From Chrysomallon squamiferum (taxonomy: Eukaryota; Animalia; Mollusca), in assembly GCA_012295275.1 (NCBI GenBank), contig CM022670.1, positions 36,518,001 through 36,582,000 on the forward strand: a stretch of 64,000 nt of DNA. Direction: 5' to 3'. Of the stretch, positions 13,428 through 25,378 are shown piece after piece; position 1 is the first letter of the stretch, and each line of letters starts with the position of its first letter. The notes beneath the pieces were generated by a model. That model searched no databases, was not told where the DNA came from, and worked only from the letters and a program-made list of their open reading frames with translations. The translations under genes were made by a program, and so were the position numbers.

Positions 13428-15370
13428 ATATAAATTAAATCAAATACTGAGAAACGCTGTAGTAAAATATCAAAATGAAAAGGTAATAATAATATATAGT
13501 GTTATCATCATTACTGCATGGCTTATGATTCGTTTATTGCTGATTATTATTAATTGTTTGGTTGTGACACACACACACACACCCACACACACACTTTTTA
13601 TTGTTGTTTTTTTAAGTTTAAATTTGTTAGTCTCGAAGCTGATTCTAAACATACCAAACTCTTTTTCAATTCGAAATGCAAGTCCTAAAATGTGTGCAGG
13701 CAGATGGCTGCCATTCACATTTGATCCTTGGCTTTCCTCTGCTAAAGTCAGCAGATCTGTTAACTTGCTGCTGGTATTTTCTGTTGATTCCTGTAAACTA
13801 CGTATTGCTTCTTTATATTCTGCTTGACTTTTCAAAACAGATGTATTAATTTTGTTTAGCTGAAATTAAATATGAACAAATGAAATTAATATTTTCCATA
13901 ATATACACGTAGACGGAAACTTTTAATAGCTTTCTTCGTTAGAAAATAAATTATTTATTACTGATCTTCGATTCCAGATTTTTCTCTTTATTTACTGCTG
14001 TAGTAAATTCTTGGTTGGACAGCCAACAAATCAACTGACTTAATTTTTAGCAGACTATTTCCATTAGATCTAAAGTAAACTTTTTATTTGTGTCGTTCAT
14101 AATGTATTTCACGTACAGGCTTTCGTCGTGTTATCCTAACTGTATAATATTTTTATAAAACAATGAACCAGTAAACAAATGACATCTCTTTCTCTCTCCG
14201 TTTGTTACAATTTCTAATACAGAAGTTGCCAATTTATATTTGACCGCCACTATCGACTGCGGTATCGGAGCTTCTACAAACAAACAAAATGTTATATTTT
14301 ATATTAGAAATAGATGTTACATAAAATATGTCATTCTGTAAAATTAAAAACAATAAACTAATAGAAATACAACATTAAGACATTATTTTTTAAAAACGTT
14401 TCGGCAAGAGTGGACAACATTTCATCTCTGTCAGTCCGTTAAATCGAGATCCTACTGTATTTGTGTTACTTTTTGAGCTTTTTGCGACAGCCACAGAGAA
14501 GAACATACACACACACACACATATACATATTATTGAAGATAATAGCCTAAGCATATTTTTATATTTGCAAGTTTCGTTTTTGTTATTATTTATTTATTTA
14601 TTTATTTATTATTTTTACTTTCCAGATTCAATGAAGTGTAACGACTGTACCACTCAAAACAAAAAATATCTGGGTACCATTATTTTGTTGAATTCGTCAC
14701 ATTATCATACATAGTAGTGACCAGTTTGCACAAGATAGGTCTAACTGCGTGCAAATAAAGTTACTACTAAATGTTTACTTACTCTCATCAACAAGCGACT
14801 GTGAGATTTCACTTCTGTCTCTAAGGACTTTTCCAGCGCTTTGATTTGTTGCCTCAACATCTGTATTTCTTTCATTCTATCATCCTTTACCCGGTCTATA
14901 TCAAATTTCGTGCCCAGTCTCTCTGTTATATCTAAAGACTTCTTTATGACTATGGACATATCTTTCACGGTGTCATACAAAACATTATTCTGCTCTTTGT
15001 TTTCTTGCTGCAACATCTTTATTTCTTTCAATCTGTCATTCTTTACTCGGTCTATATCAAATTTCTGATCCAATGTCTCTGTTATTTCTAAAGACTTGTT
15101 CGTGATCTCGGATATATCTTTCACGGTGTCATACAAAAACGCATCCTTCTTTCTGAGTTCGTCTTCAGCTATCTTCAGTCTGTCAGAAAGATTTGATATT
15201 TCCTTTTTTTGTTCTTCCAGTTGAAGATTAGAGTTCTGATGGACATCTCGTTGTATTTCATGGGAAGAATTCGAAGTTTCCGACTGTTTCTGCTTTTCTT
15301 TAAACAACGTCTGAAAAAGATTGATCGGCGAGGGTAATCTCAGAAGGGTTTGTTCCACTGTTTCATCCAT
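12211..15370 (-). pseudogene. Coiled-coil/DD/CARD gene copy 2 (damaged); exons 15370-14783, 13859-13655, 13267-13081, 12809-12633, 12299-12211
   Basis: DD exon is 187 bp vs 186 in the others (+1 at ~13229, GCTCTATGGC); CARD exon is 177 bp vs 273 (93-bp and 3-bp in-frame deletions); last exon truncated; first ATG seen in copy 3 is lost; 156-bp internal duplication in exon 1. Confidence 0.8.
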
Positions 15371-15537
15371 TTCTTCGGGTAAAGACGGTAAAGCACTGTT
15401 TTTAGTAGAAATGGTATTTATCAGTCAAAGAAACTGAAAATTTGTTTATAATAAGTTTATCAAGCTGTTCCAACTGTAAAAGTAAGAAGTCAAATATTAT
15501 TCATATTAATAATGATGATGAAGATGAATTATAATGA

Positions 15538-15574
<37 letters not shown>

Positions 15575-17999
15575 AATGATAATAATAATGATAATAATAA
15601 CAACAATAACAACAACAATAATAGTAATAATTATAATAATAATAATTATAATAACTTAATTGAAACTTAACAAAAAGTAAATCGCCTGTGTAATTAAAAT
15701 AAATAAAACAATACTCACCTAGGAGAAATCTCAACTTTTTCTTTTCTGCAAATTGCATCTCACCTATAACATGTCGCAGTAACCAGAATCTATTAACACA
15801 TATATTTGATATAATCTGTTATGTCATCACCAAAAGTGCTGGGTAATGTTTTGTATATTTGAATATAAATTGGAATATTATTTTTGTTGTTAATAAATAA
15901 ATTACTAATATTATTCGTATACCAGTTTTGTTGTTGCAGCTATTAATATTGGTAACGATAACAAAAAAACAAAAAAACATAGAACTAATTAAGTAAACAA
16001 ACAAACAAATGTTATTATTACGAACTATTAAAATTAAAAGCGATAAAAATAACTGACTAAATAATTAACGTTGTACTATATTTGTTGGTAGCTACTAAAA
16101 TTAGTAAAATAAAATAACTAACTAACTAACTAAATAAATAAATAAATAAAGGAAAAATGGAGAAAAATTCATTTATGCGTTATATATATAAAACTAATGT
16201 AAAATTGTTATAAAATGTAAAGACTTTTTTTTCGTTATGAAAGTAAAATATATAGTAATAATTAGGTCAAACGATATTTTACATAGAAAGCTGATGAATT
16301 ATATCTTTATGTATTTAGCGAGTTTAAAAGCTGAAATTAAAATATACGTTATATATAACTACTTCTGTTGCTAAGATTACCAATAATATTAATTAAGAAC
16401 AAAAATAATAATAATAAAATAATTTATAATGATACTGTATTTCTCTATTAATAATTATTAGATATGACTTCTATAAATATGTTGTAATTTCCTCTGTAGA
16501 CAATAACAGATAGAGGAAACCCGCTTCAGACCAGCATGAGTTACTGCGCCTGATTACAACAAAGGTTATTTTACGTACCTTTGGTTTTTAATAAGGCGAT
16601 GTTGAATTTCTAATCTGAACTGGAATTATCAGTGCTCCTTATTAATTCTGTTATTTTTGGGGAATTTCTGATAATTATTTAAATCATTATTTAAGAATTC
16701 CTAATTGGTAATGATAATTTATAATTATCCTATATACATTCAATTTTATTACTTTATTTTATTGTTACATTAAAAGCCGTTATTTGATTTTTTAAATAAT
16801 ACCTACACGTAGGTTGTTGAAACAAACTGCATGATTAGGCGGCATAAAATGAATAATAAAACTAAACCAGCAGTTTGTATAAAACTACTAAGTATTTACA
16901 AATGAACACATTCATTCTTATTCATTCTTTTCCTATTTTACAGCAACTACTACATGATAGCAGCAGACTGAAAAACACTTTAAAAATGTATTATTAATTT
17001 AATAAATATATCTGTTTATATTTTGCCATTGATTTATTAAAGCAAAACATTAATTGCATTTATGTTTATTTCAAATATTTATTTATTTATTTATTTATTT
17101 ATTTATTTGTTGCTTTTAATGGGGGAAAAAAAAAAGAAGAAAAGGTGCCCTAAAAATATTGAAATTGCCCCTAAGATGTTTTGTCTACCATGACTTGTCA
17201 ACGAAAACACTACATACTATTATTATAGTTTAATTTTTCAATTATTCATCATATTAGTAAGATTCAACAGTTATATAATACAGATTATTCGTAATACCTA
17301 ATAATCCCATTTAAAATCGAGGAAAAAAATACATCTAGTTGGGTGGCGAGTGGTATATGGTGGCAGGGGAGGTAATGGCGAAAGGCAATTAACCCTAGTT
17401 GTCGTATAATCGTAACGAGAATCTCATCTCTTTCCTTCCCCAAAACTCTTTTTCTGCGACAAATGTAGGCAGACCAAAGAGGAGACCCATCTCGTTTTCT
17501 AACGACCGAGCTGCCTCAACAGCGTGGCCCAAGACAAAAGGGTAATGGCCGATTGCACAATTATTCACGAAGGGAACGACACGACTGATCGGCCAACCCC
17601 TTCTAAAGTTCTATCAGCTTCGCACTGGGTGTCTGGCAAGGCAGATCAAGCGGAAAAAGGTGAGTTGAATATTACCAATGTTGAAATAGGTAGATATCGT
17701 GCTTTCATTACGTTTGTGGAAATAGGGGTCAATACACCACAAAAATTGCGGCAAAAATTATGGGATGGTAGTATGTTGACTTGTCTGTATTGTGCAAGTC
17801 CGGCGAAAAGAAATGGAAGCTAGCCAGGGTGGCGTAGGCGACCTGGTTTTGGAGGGTGGAGGGAATTGGTGGTCAAAAATAGGGAAAAGGGCGGTTCCTT
17901 TACATCTATTCACGCATCGTCGTCGGCGTTCATGATTTTCGTGAAAATAGGTAAAGACATTCTGTTAGGGAGGGGGTGCCAGGCACATTAACAGGTCGT

Positions 18000-18760
18000 C
18001 CATTTGAAGTTCCTGTGAATTTCCCCTCTGAAATTGTTAGCAAAAAATGATGGAGATTTCAAGAGATATTCACCATCTTTCCTATCCAGACCTAGATTTG
18101 GTAAATAATCATATTGATCCAAGTGTTTGTTCTGTACATTATGTCAGTATGGATGTTGCAGTGCCAAAAATTTAGATGGTAGGTCAGGGAGCCCTGTTAG
18201 GAAAATCTGATAGAAACTCAGCATTCAGGCTACTACCAGTATTTCCAGGGGATTTCAATTTATTAGGGTTTAAAATGGATGATCTGTGCAACTACAAGTG
18301 TTCACCCATGGGTGCATCAGTCAGTTGTGCTTTATTTGAAAAGTTTTCCACTTTTATTCAGTGAGAAGCTGAGAGGCTATGTTTGCATGACTGGATGGTT
18401 GTGTTGCACTACCTGGACAGTTTTCTTTTTTGGGGAGTGGGGCAGGCTCAAATGAATGTCACAAGGTAATGGGAAGTTTTCAGACAGTGTTGCCATTTGG
18501 GAATTCCCACTGCAGAAGAGAGAACTGTGGGATTCAGCACAGTTCTAATTTTTCGCGGTATTGAAATAGATTCAAATTATATGGTATTGCACCTGCCTCT
18601 GAACAAATTGTTTGAATTAAGGAAGCTCATAGAGATTAATCTTATGAAAAAAAAGGCTACTTTAAAAACATTGCAGTCACTAACTGGGTCCCTAAATTTT
18701 GCCTGTCAAGTAGTTCAACCAGGCTGTGCTTTTATTAGACAGAACAAAAGGAATTACTAA
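18000..18760 (+). mobile_element. DIRS/Ngaro-type retrotransposon reverse transcriptase relic
   Basis: HHLSYPDLDLVNNHIDPSVCSVHY...GQGALLGKSDRNSAFRLLPVFPGDFNLLGFK...PMGASVSCALFEKFSTF...HYLDSFLF (YLDD degenerate), then GIPTAEERTVG...FRGIEIDS...LQSLTGSLNFACQVVQPG; stops and frameshifts. The GC-richer 17320-18000 may belong to the same element. Confidence 0.85.
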
Positions 18761-19241
18761 GCCACATATTTATATTCGCACACACACACACACACACATA
18801 CACATATACACATACACATGAATAATATTTATTAACAATCTGCCAATATGTAATATATGCTTTTCTTAATTAAAGTTCGCAACAAATCTAATAACTTTTG
18901 TTATTACAGATGTTATCATTAATTTATATAATAATATTAATATGGTAAAAAAAGTGTATGTATCTTATAGTTTAATCTAAAAAATTACTCAAACATTATT
19001 TTTGGAGGTATAATTTCTGACATATGCTGAGTATTATGCTCTAGACTGGTTAAGATTACAGAAACACTGAAATATTTATTAATATTGTGTATGTTTGTTG
19101 TACTGGAAATGTTATGTTGTGCCTCATAAAAACAATAACCTATGCAGTAACCATTGCTCTAGTGCAAGTTAATTTACAAACAAAAGATTGCAGATAATCA
19201 CCAGTTTTTTAAATAAATCAATATTAATGGTATATTTTAAG

Positions 19242-22220
19242 GTGTGTATCGAAGGATTATTAATGTTTGTGAATGTATGCCTCTTTGCTTCTTTACTGGC
19301 AACAGTTATATGTATCACAGGAGTTGGTGTGTTTTGTGGAACATCATACAAAGCCCTCAGTCTAATCATTAAAGATGTTCTGAATGATCTGTTTCTGTTT
19401 AATGTTAGCTGGTTGGTATTGTACACAAACATTCATATTAAACTTAGTATGATTTTACAGCTCTACTTACTGAAACAGTAAATCTGTTTAGAATTGCCAA
19501 TAAACTTTTATAAATTCAGAAAGAATATGTTCAATATTTATAGGGTATCAAATCTTGTTGCATATATATATTTTTTTAAAGACTAGGAAAAAATATAATA
19601 AATAATAAAATTTAAGAAAAATACCAAAATTGTAAAACAAAATAATTGACTATAGGGAAATACCTTCTGGGTTATTTCTGTAACAACAGTAATTTTTAAT
19701 TTTTCTGTTTGTTTATGACAAATTTAGGCTGGAGGTTATCCAGGTGGTTTTTGTTGTCATTGCTGTAGCAGTGGCTGTGTATGCTGTTATCTTCTTGATA
19801 TTTGGATTTCTGGCAACTAGTGCAACATGACAGAATGTGTATTCTGGTGCTAAGTGCATTATGGGAGGAAAAGTGTCTGCAGCATTTGTTAGTATCGAAC
19901 ATATTTATTTAAATCTATCTAATGTGTTTTTATTTGTATGCAAGTCAAAAATTTTATGATTAAATTCATTATTTTGAATTTATGTTTACGTAGTATGTTT
20001 TGGTTATAATAACAAAATTGAATCATGATTGATAAAATCTATGAAATTATGTCAATTCTGTATTCAAAAAGGCAAAATGTAACACTGCCCCCAAAGAAAA
20101 ATTACTATTAACTTTTAATTACAAGTATCAGAATATGTTTAATGTATGTAGTGTTATTTTATGATAGAATAAGAATTATAAAATTTATTCTTTGATTGTT
20201 AAAAGTTTACATATGTTACTAATTCTGAACATTTTTATATTTCTTGTACTATGTTCCCTAAATAGTTAACTTTACTTTTCAATTTTTTAATTATGCAAAT
20301 TAAATTTTATTATATTTGGTTTGTGGAAGTTTGGTAAAGATTGTTTTGGGGGAGGAATTCCACTAAAAATAAATGTAAATGTGAAATACTAATAATTATC
20401 TCTGTTTATTTTTTCAGTTCACTGTTATCACGTACATTCACAATCTTGGCTGGATTCTGATAACAGAAACACAAAACACTTACTTACTGCTTCAACCTGA
20501 CTCAGTTTGGTAAGACATTTTACAGTTGTCTCTGTTTGTCTTGTATTCATATAATTTACAATTTATTTTTTGTGTCAAATATATTTTTGAAACACACTGA
20601 ATTGTTTTGTAAATAAATGATAAAATTGTTTTCTTTATATTTTTACATATAAAAACATGTATTTTGTTTCCTTCAAAATGCAGTGAAAGTAAAGTTCCAA
20701 AAATACTATAAAACCTACTTTAATATTACTTTAAAAAAACAAAAACAAAAAAACAATAAAACTAATCAGAACAAAATTATATTTATTCTCAAGTTTTACA
20801 AATTAGAGAAGATGAAGAAACATGCTACTTTATAACATACTGTTTCATGAAACCTATTTCTGATGAACATGAATTTGTACAGTTTATAAATTTATAAAGA
20901 TAATTTCAATTAAATTTACTAACAGTAGTCATTTTTAAGGCCACTTGCATACATTGTTTTTTTAATGATTTTTTCTTTTTCACATTTAGGTGTGTACTGG
21001 GGTTCTTTTTATCCAGTCAGTTTTTCAACACCTGGAAAAGTTAAAGTGAAGGTGAAGTTAAACAAATGTGTGATACAGTAAGTTAATTAACATGTGTAAA
21101 CATATTTACTTCACTAAATATTAATGTAAACAAACAACAGAGAGTGTTACGTTCCTCTGTGATTGCTGTAATTATTTGTAAAAATCATTTTCATTCTTAA
21201 TTATTTAAAATATATATAGATAATTTTAAAATGAATTAACCTGTATAAAATTATGTACTACTATGAAATTTATAAATATTGATCTGAATTGACTAATATT
21301 TCAGCATATATAACTAAACAGTATAGATTGTTACATATTTCTGTCATTGTTATTATTTTAAAATTATATAATATCAGTTTTAAGTTTAATAATTACATTC
21401 TGTTCATAATGAGAATATCCAAACCTTTCAAGGGAGCTAACTAAAAGTTTTTATAGGCAATGTTGTTATTTTATGAAATTAATTTCCTAGCAAACTTTTA
21501 TAAATTATTTTTATTTATTTTTATTTTTAGGTTTTTGAGGCAAACTTTTTTTGTGTAAATTCCATAGGATTTTATTCATTGTTTCGGAATGGTGAGAGTC
21601 TAAAAATATTTAATTTTACATTTTAAAAAATAAGTATTTTTTAAAAACAATAGTTTTGTTTCATGTGTGTTATGTAAGTATTAATTTTTTTAGATGGGTG
21701 TAAGAAAGTACACTGAAATAAAGTAAATTATATAATATTATACATGTAAGAGGTAAACTTTTCAAAATTCTCAAAAGGCTTCTTCTTGAAATAAAGTTAA
21801 TGTACAAATCTCTAGATGAAAATAACAAACAAATAAAATCTTCAAAAGTCATCTGTATATTACTTTGAAGATAAGCCATATATTTAGTGATGAATAAATT
21901 ATTCAGAAATGTTTCATCTTATATTGTCAGTTTAATTTATCTTATTAAATTAAGTAATTATAGTCTCACATGTGGCCTAGCATATTTTTTTTCATGGTCC
22001 TGTTCAGCTGATATCCATAACTGGTTTTTCATAGTTGCATTTCTGTATGTAAATGAATTTAAATATATAATTTTTTTTTTGTCTGGCAGCAAACTATACA
22101 CGCATTAAGATTTCAAAGGAGTTGACCGAGTACCGAGATGCTGTTGAAATGGAAGAACTAGAACTGAACGGCATTCACGACACAACTCAGAAGGGACCTC
22201 CACCTTATTTAGGCCGTTGA
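19242..22220 (+). pseudogene. M6/proteolipid (GPM6/PLP family) pseudogene B: exons ~19242-19411, 19728-19887, 20418-20509, degenerate ~20990 and ~21531-21591, terminal ~22080-22220
   Basis: FASLLATVICITGVGVFCGTSYKALS (PLP TM1, cf. YASLIATILLYAGVALFCG); WLEVIQVVFVVIAVAVAVYAVIFLIFGFLATSAT*QNVYSGAKCIMGGKVSAAF (TM2, in-frame TGA at 19828); 70-bp deletion in the TM3 exon relative to copy A; AATAAA at ~23972. Confidence 0.82.
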
Positions 22221-24455
22221 TGGAATGTTCAAGAAAAATATAACATTTACGTGAAAATGTTTTGAAAACAGTTTCTTTTGAGATGAAAAGTTTCTTAATT
22301 CCCTTCTACTTACAGAACAAGTAGCCATCAATTAGACAATTAACTCAAATTATCCCGTAACAAGATGAGTATGAACATCTACTCACACATCTATGGGTTC
22401 AGTAGTTGTAACTGACAAAACCTTTTGTCACAGTTTTAATAATTAATTACAAAAATCAAACTGTATTCATCACTCCATGTAGATGTTATATTTCTTAGAT
22501 GAATTGTGAAAAGTAAATTTTTATAAATTTATTAGTGATTACTTGTATCATTATTATTAAAAACAGGTGTTAAATGGAGACACATGAATAAAAATGTGTC
22601 TTTGATTGATGTATTTATACATTTCTTTTGATTTATATAATTTTCAGCAGTGCTTATTTAGTGTCATTTTGTAATTTGACAGTGGAAAATTTGTACATAA
22701 AAGAAAAAAGTGAAAGAAACAATGTGTCTAGTTAATAATATAACTGAATTATCAGGTCACTTGTTGTTATTATTTTTTAATTTGCCTCATTTATTTTTAA
22801 TAGATGATTCCAGTGTTAAACTTGAGGGGAAAAACAAAAATAACAGTTTATTATTTCTAACAATTTTATCAAATACATTCCAGACATTCCACTTTTTGCT
22901 CATATTTTTATTATTTTGTTATTTTATTTTTTTAATTAATTAATTTGTTTATGCTATTGCTATTTGTGAATACATATACACACATTTACAAAACATAAAT
23001 GGTTGTGACAGAACATTACACCAATAATGTATAATGATGAAAATGATTGTTAAACAATTTATTATATTCATCATAATTTACTACATTTTAATACTTTAAA
23101 CAACTTTGATACTTACTTCCTTTATTATGTTTGTTTTGGTGGATGTGATTTTATTGAACATACATTTTTCACATATCATAATGTACTGCTTCAGAATATT
23201 TGATGAGTTATTAGAATCAATTGATAGTATTATTTTTCCATAGTTGCTCTAACGTTTGGCCAAAAATTTTTTTAAAATAAAAGAAACATTTTTTATCCTT
23301 TTTATTTATTTATTTATTAATTTAAAATGTTTTTATATATACATTTGTATTCTTGTATTTCATCATGTTAAACAAAATTAAAACTCATATTAGATGATAA
23401 AATATATGATTTTTGAAAGAAAATATTACATTTTCACAATAATATAACACTTTCTACAGAATATTGCAAAAGCCTTAAACTAATATACTTTTTATTTTTA
23501 TATTTTTTTATTTATTTGCTTGACATCATTATTCAACAGTTACTTTTATTACAGATTTTGAATGCCATTTATTTTTTTTAAATATATTTTATTTAATTTT
23601 ATGGTATATACACTGAAAACATAAACCTAATCAAGTTTTAAAATTAAAATATTAGGGAATATTAATAATACTTTCTCTCAATATATTCCAAAAGTTTTGT
23701 TAAATTGCAAGTTGTTATAAATTTAGGTATAGATATTTGTTATACTTACTGGATAACATGTTTTAACATTAGAAGATAAAATTTCCAAGTAAGAGATGAT
23801 TTAAAAAAGTTGATATTTAAATGTTTGAAAATATCTTTATCAGTTTATGGCATGATTATTCACTATTTGTAGATGTCATTAGTGTTTGTATCTTTTATAA
23901 TATTCAGATGTTGATATATTGTTGTATTAACATTTTTAAATGTATCTTTTACATAATACATTGTTTTCAGAAATAAACATTTTTTATATGGCATTTCATG
24001 TTTGTGATTTTTTTTCTCATTTCAGAAAAAATACACTGCATTTTGAGTAACTAAAAAAAAAAATACACACAACGTGAAAATATATATATTATAAAATTCA
24101 TCTTTTAAAGAGATCATAAGTCATATTTTCAGTTTAAATTCAATCGCTTTATCATGTTTGTACATTGATTTTGAATCTTTATCACAAACTTTAATAAACC
24201 TATGACTAATGTTTAATAATGCTATTACCACTCTATATCTAGTTTCATTCACCTCATTAAGGAGCATTCTTTTAAACAAAATCTCTATGTACAAGATACA
24301 TCCTGGTAAGTAATAATAAAACTATAAAAATTCTGTATTAGTAAAACTCGATAAAAAAGTAAAAATTGTTTTGGTAATGTTTAATAGACTGGAAACTGCA
24401 ATAGATAATAGTTAATCATTGATCATTGGCCTGTAACCTTTAAATAAACTCGGTA

Positions 24456-24715
24456 TTAGTATATCAGATTTTGTAGAGGATAAATAGCTGCAATGTGGCA
24501 TAGTAATATAATAATAAAGAAAGTTAGGTTGTTGATAACAAAATCAGTCTGATCGCTTTCATTCAAACTGTGGAATTCATCATTAGTTTGCATTTCACTT
24601 TGCGATGGTTGCTCCAATTCTTCGCTGTTTAGTGTGTCTGAAACAGCAGTCAGTTTGTTTAATTCAACTGAAGAAAAAAAAAATAAAAAAAAGGAACAAC
24701 GTGTGTGTAGACACA

Positions 24716-24754
<39 letters not shown>

Positions 24755-25325
24755 TGAATTCAATAAGTGAAAGTTGAAAAAAATAAAATAAAAAACAAAA
24801 ATAAATATAAGATATAACTAAATATATTTAAAAAATAGAAATAAATTAAATTAATGAAATAAGTCGTATATGATAATTTCCTCTAAAAATTTTGGCTGTT
24901 TATATTTTATAGTTATTTTGTCGTAACGAGGTTTGTCATATTCAGTGTTATGTATAATTACATTTTTGTGATCGTGGACCAGATCGTGATTCCCTCTCAA
25001 TATAATAATAATAATAATAATAATAATAGAATATGCATAATCTTACCTTTCAGTATGTCAGCAAGATGATTTTGACCTGATTTGGCCAAAGCTTCCACAA
25101 AGCTGTCGAAAGCTTTCTCTCCAAACAGAGGAAGGATGTCGACGAGACGTTGTAACTTATCCTTTTTTGTCTCTGGACTGAGAATGTAATCAACATCAGA
25201 ACCTGATAACACAGCGTTGTCACGCAGGTATATTACTACATGGTCTACAAATATGTCTGCTGCGAGTCTGCTGTATGCCTTTTCAATAGCTGTGCTGTGA
25301 TCAGGAGGCATTAAACCATCTTTGA

Positions 25326-25378
<53 letters not shown>

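Larger units (their letters stand above)
10120..16980. repeat. Segmental duplication unit (M6 relic + CARD gene + upstream DNA), paralogous to ~20345-32140
   Basis: Long collinear near-identical stretches, e.g. 10454-11050 vs 22079-22686, 11250-12205 vs 23110-24055, and introns 13360-14250 vs 25870-26770. Confidence 0.9.
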
